DNA from: Tubiluchus corallicola
Taxonomy: Eukaryota > Animalia > Priapulida
Assembly (NCBI GenBank): GCA_030141605.1
Contig: JAQGDQ010000179.1
Location: forward strand, 124,001-188,000
Direction: 5' to 3'
DNA: 64,000 nucleotides
Part shown: positions 25,101 to 34,167 of the stretch, one piece after another
Position numbering within the stretch: the stretch's first letter is position 1
Layout of the letters: each line of letters opens with the position of its first letter
Notes under the pieces: generated by a model
What the model saw: the letters and a program-made list of their open reading frames with translations, nothing else
Told to the model about the DNA's origin: nothing
Databases searched by the model: none
Made by a program: the position numbers and the translations under genes

Positions 25101-28100
25101 AAAAATGTGGAACTTTCTCATCTTATTGCTTGTTGTGCAGATACTGTCAAATGTTCAAACTACTAGTTGCCACATTTGTCAAAGCAGAGATCTCCAAAAG
25201 GTTAACAAAATTTCGACGATGGGGCATAATCGGACGTTTGCTTTGTACAATAAGTTTGAACGGCATTCGCATTCGATGGAAGGAGCTCATCTTAGAGTAG
25301 CTGCATGGGAAGACGGAAGGAGCAATCCGTTTCTCTTTGAGCTGATCAGGCTGCTTAGTGATTTTCTGAATTTTACATTCACATTTGAGTACTTTGACGC
25401 ACCACCAGAGGAAATATTAAGCAGTGGAAAAATAGACCTAATGCTTGGCATTGTGACTGTCGTAAAAGAGAGAATGAAGTACATGGACTTCCTGCAGCCT
25501 ATTATTTATTCCTCACAAACATTCGTTATTCCTAAGCTAGAGTATCAAGGTTTTCATTTGATTGGTCCTTTTACTACAGCTGTTTGGCTTCTGCTGCTAG
25601 TTTATAGTATAATAGCAGCAATTGCTTTAAAATTTGTAAACTCTTACAGTATCAGAACGAGCCATGATTCACAAACACATTTATCAATAGAAAATGGACA
25701 GGAAGAGCTAAATAATCAGGACACTTCTTATTTTGTGCGACACACGTTGTCTTCATTTCTCTTGCAAGGAGGAACGTATGGACCTCAAAAAGTGTCCCCC
25801 AGAATGGCCCTTGCCATGTGGTGGCTATTTGCAATTATTATAACTGCAATGTATAACGGAAAGTTAGTAAGCGAACTTTTTGTAAGTAATCCAAGTTATC
25901 CATTTGACACATTGCAAGACTTAATAGAGAGTGACATAACCCCTGTTACTAAAGGAAATTTTGTCAGCACGTTAATGTTAAAGAATAGCCCACCTGATTC
26001 GCACTACGGCAAGCTTTGGAAAAAAATGGAACTCGATCTCGATGTGCCAGCTGATAATGATAGAATTGCATTAGAAATGACAGTTACCGGAAAGTATACG
26101 TATTTTCGGTCGGAATTTGATGCAATAATGGATATAATTCACGATTACAAAGTTTACAGGAAATGCAGATTTTCTTTCTCCCCAATTAAAGCTATCGCAC
26201 AAACAAATTCGTTGGCTGTGCCTAAAGGAAGTAAATATGAAGAAGCTTTGAACTTTGGTATAGCAACGCTTGTGCAAACAGATCAGGTGGACAGGCTGCT
26301 AAAATCTGCCTTGAGACCAGCAAAACTATGCGTAGATATTCCCTCCCAAAGTGTTGAAGCAACTGCAATCACCGTGCAACAACTTGACATAGTTTTCTGG
26401 GTTCTATTGGCTGGAATTGGGATCGGAATTGTTGTGCTAGTTTTTGAACAAGTTGTTGTTTATCATAGGTCAAGACGACGAGAAATTTAGTAAGCAAGGT
26501 TTACTAAGGAAGAACTAAGGAAGAAGTCGGTTGCAATTCTCGGTTCTTTATTGGCAACCAACATGTCAAAACGTACTCGTGTCATGGATTTAAATTACGA
26601 TTAAACAGTTGTAGTGTTCAAGCATCTGCTAACCATTATTTTTGTTAGTTTTTCTGGTTGTATTGTAATTGTATTTAACAGAGTTCCCAGCAAGTGACAA
26701 GTTTGTTAAACTATAGTAACGTTTTTATTCAATCAGTAATGTGAAGAGACCCAGCCTTGCGGTTCAATGTTTGAGTATAACAAATTTTTGTTATTAATTT
26801 TGAACTGTTAAGCTAATTTCTAAGTTTGTGAGAGGTCACCATGTAACTACTTATAATTTTATGATAAACTAGATTGCTTAAATGAATTCAAAACCATTAT
26901 AGTTTACAGGCTGGAGACAAATTTCTTTTTGTGTTTTGGAATCTGTTAGTCTGCAGTATGCGTTGATAAATATACGTAAACAGCTGCCTGATTTGCTCCC
27001 GAATTAAATCTCTATTGTTTCGATTCTTATTGTTATTGTTATTGATATTGTTATTGTTATTGTTATTGTCATTGTTATTGTTATTGTTATTGTTATCGTT
27101 ATCGTTATCGTTATCGTTATCGTTATCGTTATCGTTATCGTTATCGTTATCGTTATCGTTATCGCTATCGCTATCGTTATCGTTATCGTTATCGTTATTG
27201 TTGTTGTTATTATTATTGTTACTGGTATTGTTATTATTGTCGTCGTTATTGTTATCACTGTTTTTGGTTCAGCGCAGTTATTCCTGAAAACAAAACAAGA
27301 AAAACTACATGCTTTAGGAGCAGTTAGCAGAAATCTCACTCCCTCTTGCAGGAATGTATGCCGGCGTTCCAGCAACGGAAGTTACAATGGAAAGCTTCCG
27401 GGAGGTAGTGATTCCAACGATGATACGCAAAGGTGGATTTGTCGATCCATCTGGAGCTATTTACGATCTAGGACTAATGGAATACACCCAATGGACGGAT
27501 CCTAGTCGACGACTGGGTGCCGTGGATTCAGCCGTGAGGGTATGGAGTGGGAGTTTAATAATGCTTATTTGTGTGGCCGCTTGAGTCTATACAAACAGAA
27601 ATATGGCTTAAAATTATGTCTACGAGCCGAAATAAAGAACAAAATAAAGTAAGAATTGCTGGCAACCCGTACTGAGTCGCAGATAAAGTTCATATTTTTT
27701 TTATCAAATATCCACCAATTAAGTGCTTATTCCCGCAAAGTAATACATTCGCTGCCATGATTATTCGGCAACGACATTAAGTGGCGTTTAGCTGGCATCC
27801 GGAACGCCTTATGCGTTATCCACCTGCGGAATTGCTGCGTATAGAATATGGATGCCAGATAGTAGCAGTGATGGTGGTTTATTGACCTAAAACATAAAGT
27901 GGCGATAAGTGCCACTTTACTCGATGTTATACCGTGAACAACGACTCGGTTATCTCGGTCCTACGCTAATTAATTCGTTTTGACGAAATAATTGTCAAGC
28001 TGTTTACTTGTTAAGATCGAAAGATATTTATACCGATTAATATATCGTTAGGAAAAATAAAGTAAACAAATAATAAAAACTTTAAATAACTAGTGGACGT

Positions 28101-29085
28101 TTTTGACTGTGTCAAAAACTGTGGTAAGATTCTGCTTCTGTGACAGGAGATGCTTTAAAAGGCAGTTTTTTTTATTCACGAATAAAAATTGTTTTCAAAA
28201 TAATTAACAACATTGTGTGTTGTTAACTGTACGTAACTACGGTTGTGTCTGACTCGAGTAACAGTTTCAATGAAATCAGAGCTTGTCACTTTTTGGCCGG
28301 TGACCAGGGACTCAAGGTTCAACCAAATACGAGTCAAGATATACCATTCAATTCGTTTCATCAAGACTTTTCATTTGATATATTACACGACACCGTTACT
28401 CGAAACTGGAAGCACTGGTGCCCCGACACCCTCGATTTTGTTTTTCTGCCACTGGCGGAAAATTTTCCCCTATGCAAATGGCTCATTTCATGACACTACC
28501 TAGCCACATACCAAAAATTGTAGCCCTAGCTCAAAAACTATAGGAGGATCTAGCCTAATGAAAAAAAAAACAAGAATCCCTATCCGCTCTGTGACTTTTG
28601 ACCCGGGGGTGACGTGTCACATATTAACAAAAATCCCCTTGCCAGGTGAGTGCGCCCTGTGAGTTTCGTGAAGCTAGCGCTATGCGTGTGTGAGTTATTA
28701 CAGAAACAAAACGTCACAAATAATAAAAATAAAAACCGGGGGAAAATCAAGAAGATTCTGCTTATATAATAATAAGAAACAATAAAAAAATTCCACATAC
28801 GTTCTAGGACAACCTGTACGTTGATCATTCAACCTCTTTTTAGATGTTAAGCGATGCAGGACACAAAGCAGCCGTAGAAATGGAATGCAGGGGTCACGTC
28901 AGAAACGGAATTCCAACATGGCTGTACCATCTTAACTTTGCCAATGACAACTCTCCTCTTGGCAACCGTATGCTTCCTATTACTACTTTGCTGACATAAT
29001 TTCATAAGGCTGAATTAAAAATTTTAAGAACTAATCATTGAAAAAAGTTCTAGGTACAAATACCATTGTTTTAGTATTGCAAGAA

Positions 29086-29172
<87 letters not shown>

Positions 29173-30561
29173 ATAGTAGTAGTAAAAGAAGAAGAAGAAG
29201 AAGAAACAGATGGTTCAGTCGAGATCGATGAACTTGGTTCTACAAGCTTAAGACTTGTGCGACCACAGTAAATTTTCTTATAATGCGGTATTATTGCTCA
29301 AATTTAGAGCACATAGCCGCCTTATTATCGTCCTAGTTTTTTCTGCTAGAACTACTTTGTCTTGACTAACTTATTTCAAACTTATTGGCACTGTAAAAGT
29401 TGTATCTCGTCTACAGCTAACTTGAACTATTACAGTTGTCATACACATGGCTGAACTACTGTACATCTTTAACTTACCGTACAAGGAAGATTTTCAAGTT
29501 TGTCCAAACGACGACTTGTGTCTGACACCAGGCTGGTGGTTTTTCAACGACAGAGACAGAATATTTTCCACGTTCATTTCTACACTATGGACAAATTTCG
29601 CAAAATTTGGGTATGATAGCATAAGCTTAAAAAAGTTCACTCTCTTTGGATTCTGTTGATTTTTATTGGATTTTATTCTGCACCACACATCAACGACAAC
29701 CACAACTACAGCCACAATCACAACAGCAGCAACAGTAACAGCAGCAGCAACACAGCACAACAACAGCAGCGACGACGACGACGACAACAACAACAACAAC
29801 AACAACGGAAACGACAACAACAATATCAACAATTAGATCAATATCAGCGGTTTTGTTAATATAACGTCTTCACTTTCAAAATATTAGTATATGTTTTAAT
29901 TTCTTCAACGTAGTTCGCTTGCATGCCACCATAAACAGGTTCGCTACAAACTGTTAAATTATTTTCTCAGAGATCCAACTCCAGGTGAGGGCGTAATGAT
30001 GCCAAATGGTCAGAAATTCAAATGGCAAAGAGTTACCGAGGATGACGTTTATTACGCTGCTTTAGATGAAGTGTCCGAATCGCTGACACCTTTCATGCCA
30101 AGGCAAGCTAAATTCTGGAACTGCCACATCTTTGAGTAAGTCCAATTAATTTTTAAACGTGAATGGTAAATGGTAATTCTTAATGAGAACGGCTTTGCAA
30201 TTATTTTGTTGCATGTTCTAGGTTGGACGAGAAAGCCAACTGGCCTCTTTTGGATTCCATACCTGCCAATTCCTTGCCTCTTGGAAACCATTGGCGCGAA
30301 GACTGTCGTCACATGTACACTCCAAGTCCGGACAAAATTATCAGCGCTGTTAGCAAGAAAAAACCAAAAGTTAAGAGACATGTGAAGACAGGAGATGTTT
30401 ATCAGACCGACAACATCACAAAATTGAAGATTGATGCTGAATCAAACTCGCGCTGGCCTGCTTTGCTGTTAAGCGTTTGCTGTGCCGTTACACTCATCCT
30501 ATGCGTATCATCAATACTCATATTGAAAATGAAAAAGCGACAATTGAAACAACAAATTTAA
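13142..30561 (+). CDS. Type-B carboxylesterase/cholinesterase-family enzyme CES-A; signal peptide plus C-terminal TM anchor; 11 exons, ~676 aa
   Basis: Exons: 13142-13327, 14452-14601, 14995-15151, 15793-15978, 17115-17314, 18993-19152, 27352-27539, 28844-28967, 29436-29610, 29971-30135, 30222-30561 (2031 nt, phases consistent). Motifs: [69 protein letters not shown] (Ser), GVNKDEG (Glu), VIHMAEL (His), WTNFAKFGDP. Hydrophobic WPALLLSVCCAVTLILCVSSILIL followed by KMKKR. Confidence 0.92.
20506..21873 (+). CDS. Intronless ionotropic-receptor-like channel IR-1 (iGluR family, no ATD), 455 aa, nested in CES-A intron 6
   Basis: Uninterrupted ORF (track 20413-21873; first ATG 20506, followed by a hydrophobic signal-like segment). 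S1 IDLLL..VVRGRTEYMTFLQP; M1 FTWVIWLLLVIYSIVIVLVLW; M2 pore HALSSFLAQG; M3 RIIIAFWWLFTIIVATMFTGTLVSKL; S2 PFKSLQEL..GKYTYF..C..AMAVPKKS..LNYGL..C; M4 VFLPLFLGFGVGIITVLVE. Confidence 0.9.
   Translation: MAKTLISFMFLIKYHALVKAEMNIYNICNTSVEKKHGDVENKGIESALNQSYVVYSAGLKAGDILLNGENLNVGLYEGLDGPQVLLPILDSLSVALNFTYTRRYLKFNETSFNEALSNGEIDLLLELLLVVRGRTEYMTFLQPIFYSPQVFVIPRKGYEGFSLADTFTWVIWLLLVIYSIVIVLVLWVLYFKKTSGNDSEDTKYGLTNFVLHALSSFLAQGWTYQPRRTPSRIIIAFWWLFTIIVATMFTGTLVSKLFVSNVNYPFKSLQELVDSDITPVTIGNFVDTQMLKRSDPDSYYGKLWKKMEADENVPAESSAVAMELTLTGKYTYFRSQYEAMLNVAQDYKKHGRCRFAFAPITSVPRPIAMAVPKKSRYEDVLNYGLDLLFQAHEIDRVTHLMINPAKKCFETPSQIVGASAITIDQLNTVFLPLFLGFGVGIITVLVEIIHNKVKC
22045..23378 (+). mobile_element. Non-autonomous element with internal ~120-bp tandem subrepeats (HINE/Helentron-associated-like), copy 1
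   Basis: Repeated motifs tcgtcatgaaactttacagg / gaattcaagatggc; 5' gacccaaatcgcaactc plus a TG-rich microsatellite; 3' hairpin tcggcc...ggccga. Homologous to 31235-32002. Confidence 0.6.
25105..26490 (+). CDS. Intronless ionotropic-receptor-like channel IR-2, paralog of IR-1, 461 aa, nested in CES-A intron 6
   Basis: Uninterrupted ORF (track 25051-26490; ATG 25105, signal peptide MWNFLILLLVVQILSNVQT). S1 IDLMLGIVTVVKERMKYMDFLQP; M1 PFTTAVWLLLLVY; pore SSFLLQG; M3 RMALAMWWLFAIIITAMYNGKLVSEL; S2 PFDTLQDL..GKYTYF..LAVPKGS; M4 VFWVLLAGIGIGIVVLVFE. Confidence 0.9.
   Translation: MWNFLILLLVVQILSNVQTTSCHICQSRDLQKVNKISTMGHNRTFALYNKFERHSHSMEGAHLRVAAWEDGRSNPFLFELIRLLSDFLNFTFTFEYFDAPPEEILSSGKIDLMLGIVTVVKERMKYMDFLQPIIYSSQTFVIPKLEYQGFHLIGPFTTAVWLLLLVYSIIAAIALKFVNSYSIRTSHDSQTHLSIENGQEELNNQDTSYFVRHTLSSFLLQGGTYGPQKVSPRMALAMWWLFAIIITAMYNGKLVSELFVSNPSYPFDTLQDLIESDITPVTKGNFVSTLMLKNSPPDSHYGKLWKKMELDLDVPADNDRIALEMTVTGKYTYFRSEFDAIMDIIHDYKVYRKCRFSFSPIKAIAQTNSLAVPKGSKYEEALNFGIATLVQTDQVDRLLKSALRPAKLCVDIPSQSVEATAITVQQLDIVFWVLLAGIGIGIVVLVFEQVVVYHRSRRREI
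27025..27255. repeat. Compound hexamer microsatellite (TTGTTA)n/(TCGTTA)n
   Basis: Directly visible; explains the spurious poly-IT and poly-LS ORFs. Confidence 0.95.
29080..29206. repeat. (GTA)n then (GAA)n microsatellite
   Basis: Directly visible. Confidence 0.95.
29690..29832. repeat. Low-complexity CAA/CAG/CGA trinucleotide tract
   Basis: Directly visible; intronic. Confidence 0.85.
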
Positions 30562-31234
30562 CGAACAGTAATGACAATATTATTATTAACAAACGTAATT
30601 GTTATTGAAAACTTGAAAACATAATCAGTAGCATGGACTAGTCCTGTTATGAGCTTCCTCAGCTAGTTATATTTCATGCTAATGGGCCCACAATCGTGTA
30701 TGTTACTGATCATTTGTTTTAAGTTTTTAATATTAAATAGTTTTGTTCTTAGCGAAATGATCATATGATTCAAATGTCAATAATTAGAAAAAAGTTTTTC
30801 AGTAAATGTGTACCAAATACTCCAAGATCTCTGGAATATAATTTTCGACGCTATTTTAACAGTGTTGACATTTCTGTATGAATACTAAATATCTTGAAAT
30901 CTAATAATCTGTTTTTATAAATTTGTAAGGTAGATTATTTAATGCTTAAAACAGATTAGTTTTACTGGAAAATTAGCAAATAAATCAATCGTATTTCACG
31001 TTTGTACAGATGTGATGCATCCGTTTGTTAGAATGGCAATTATGATAATTAATAGCACAGAGTAACCCAGAGCAAGATAAATTTGAAAAAAACAATTGCT
31101 TCGAATCTTAGTGGTGTATGAATACTGAAGAAAGAAGACAATTTTTACTAACCAATCAGGTAGTAGCAACTGAATAAAGAAAGAAGAGACTAATCAGGTA
31201 AATGCAGAATGAAGTAGAAAATAACTAAATTTTT

Positions 31235-32002
31235 GTTCGGCTCGACCCAGATCGCTACTCATTTGGATGTTGTTGTTGTTGTTCTGGTTGTCAAGTTAAA
31301 AAAGCCTAATCCTCCGTGAATTTGCGATCTGTCACAAAACTTTACACGAATATGGTATAACGAATTTTGCATTGGCTAATGGGGTCAGATTTTCGATTTG
31401 CCATTTTCGACAATAACATCATTTTCGAAAAAACTTAAGGCTCTGTCATTTCACAATGTATCGTCATGAAGTATACAACTTTGCAGAAATGGCCTAAAAC
31501 GAGCTCAGCATTCATCAGGCAGATCTTCCATCTGCCATTTTATATTCAAGTTGGCGGCGATAACATAATTTTCTTAAAAAAGCCGAAGGTTCCGCCAATT
31601 CGTAATAGATTGACAAGAAATTTTACAGGAATATACTTGAATGAACTCCACATCGGCTGATAGAGCTCGATGTTTGAACGGATTTCGAATTCAAGAAGGC
31701 ACCAATAACATTATTTTAAAAAGCCTAAAGCTTCACCACTTCAGAATTGATCGTCATGAAACTTTACAGGAACGTACTAAAATGAATTTCGCATCGACTG
31801 ACACAGTCCGAGTCGGATTTTTAATCTGCGTCATGAATTCAAGATGGCAGCCATGACGTCGTTCTCCGAAAAACGTAAAAACCTAAACGTAAATCTAAAC
31901 ACGCGAACGAATATACTAGAATAAATTTCACATCAGCTGGCAAACCCAGACTTTTGATGCACAATCTCGAGTTTAACGAGTCCTCGACCATTCGAGTCGA
32001 AC
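31235..32002 (+). mobile_element. HINE/Helentron-associated-like element, copy 2
   Basis: End inverted repeat gttcggctcga / tcgagtcgaac, (TTG)n near the 5' end, the same ~120-bp subrepeats as copy 1, T-rich flanks. Confidence 0.6.
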
Positions 32003-34167
32003 TTTATGCCACTAAAAAAGTAGAGAGTCTCAGTCTACATTTATCTGATTGGCCTGAATTTGAATTTATTTATTTCACAGTGAAATAATACATATACAGT
32101 GAAATAATACATAATCGCAAACAACATTACGTCACATTACAAGTGATACGAGTCACTGTGAGGAAGAGGAAGGAGCATTAGGCTATCGAATCCTCCTCCA
32201 AACAGTACAGCAATTGACAAATGACGTTACATAATATCACTTATTATTCGTACTAAGTTAAAAAATAATATGTATCTCATTAGTATGCCGTTATATTTAC
32301 TTATCACTGCTAGCCGTATTCTGCGGATAGCTAGGTCTGCTTGCACCTTTCACTTACGTACATTTTGTCAAATCTGTTTGATTGATGAGTTTCGTATCTG
32401 CTCTGGATATTTTCGACTCATCAATAATAATTCAGACACTGTAAGTTCTGCAACAAATCGACAGGCTAACTCAAAACAGGTTGCTTAACTAAAACAAATG
32501 AGTTGATCGCTGCAAATATGACGCACCATTAAACAATTTACAAAATTTCAGCTATTATGTTTTGTTGCTACTAATTTTGTTGCTATTATGTTAGCCAGCG
32601 ACATTTGGCCAAGAATAAACTAAAAAACAATATTTCTCATGGATGCATTATTACAACTTACATCTCTCTTGAACTTTCCTTTCTCTTCTCTTTTTCTCCA
32701 TCTTTACTCTATTACTTTATCTTTACTATTCTATGTTTTCTCTATAATTCTTTCTCTTGTAATTTAAACATTTTTCCACTTTTCATGGTGGTTTCACAAG
32801 CTTTGCTTCACAGTTACCATGCAGCAACTATTTCTGGTCGATGTAGTTTAGTGACTATATTAATTTAGTTCTGTTACCATTATTGCATTTGATTTTTCCT
32901 ACTTATAATTCATAATAGTTATAAGATAGTAACGCAAATTGTAATGAAAAATTATTTGCTGAAGTGGATAATAAATTGCAAAGCATGTTCGTTTGAGTAA
33001 CTGAGACTTCTTAACGTTCCGCACAGTTGTAAAACTATCGTATTTCTACGAAGACGCGAAACTAATATTAAATTGGAAAGTCTGTGAAATTTTGCATCTC
33101 AACCGGAACTCTAACTCAAGACCCTCAGCTGTCCGGCGGGTTATCCTAACCATTACACCTCAGAGGCACCTGATTTTTGTAACATTGTAACAACTACACA
33201 TACTTTTTGCATTTTGTTCGAAGTTTTAGCAGGTATATCGTGGGCTAAATATGCTGTTTCTTAATTAGTATAAGTTTAATGTGAAGCTTATTATTAATAA
33301 TGGTACATACACACACTTAATTGAATTTTGACGCCAAACTTAAAAACAGAAATGTGAAAAAGTTGCAGTCGAGCCTGGATTAGACCAGGGACCAGACTGA
33401 AATTTGTACCCACAGAATTTTCAGACTCAGAATTACTGAAAGTAAAAATAAAACAATCACTCTAGTGAGAACAATCTAATGTTACAAATTCTGAAATTGG
33501 TTTATCGGGCTGTGTGGTATGAACCTTGTACAGCTTTGATCACGGGAGATACAGTGGTCTATAGGTCCACGGATTAAGATTAAGGTTAAAATTAAGATTT
33601 CTTTTATTTCGTCTCATGCCACACATTTATAACATAGCAAAATATGCAGTGTACACTTTAATACAGCTATATTGAGACGGGGTGACGTGAGACCGTATAT
33701 GGTCACCTTTTAGCCAGCCCTATGGAGAGACTGCAATGTAAAGAGAAGTTCTCTGGCTCAAATCTTTGCTGCATTCCAATTTGTTCACATTTCCTGTTTC
33801 TCGATTTTGGTGTCAACATTTAATTAATTGTGGGTTTGCAGCGTAATTACACAGCTACACCAAAAAATACAAAGGAATATAATTTGGAAAGACAGACACA
33901 CTCTTTCCTGTGATAACTAAAAATTGTTTAAATAAGACAAGAAGACTGCTTGGTCTACATTTTGGTAGACATTTTGGTCTATATCACTAAAAGATTGGTC
34001 TACATTTTGCAAGTCTATTTGCTTAGATTTTGGCAGTGCTGATAATAATAATCTAACAAGGATCAAACACAGTTGTCTATAAGTGTAAGCTGTGAGCACT
34101 TCAACTCAATAAACAGAGCCGCTGCATAAACCACTTATTATTTTGTGACACATTTCTATTAGGAAAA

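Noticed and set aside
27004-27375. Poly-IT / poly-LS ORFs (also the poly-V ORF 29038-29271 and poly-Q ORF 29656-29859)
   Set aside because: These are translations of intronic microsatellites.
13142-30561. CES-A as neuroligin or acetylcholinesterase
   Set aside because: The catalytic Ser (GESAG) is intact and the cytoplasmic tail is very short with no PDZ motif, unlike neuroligins. AChE-specific hallmarks were not recognised, so no gene symbol is given.
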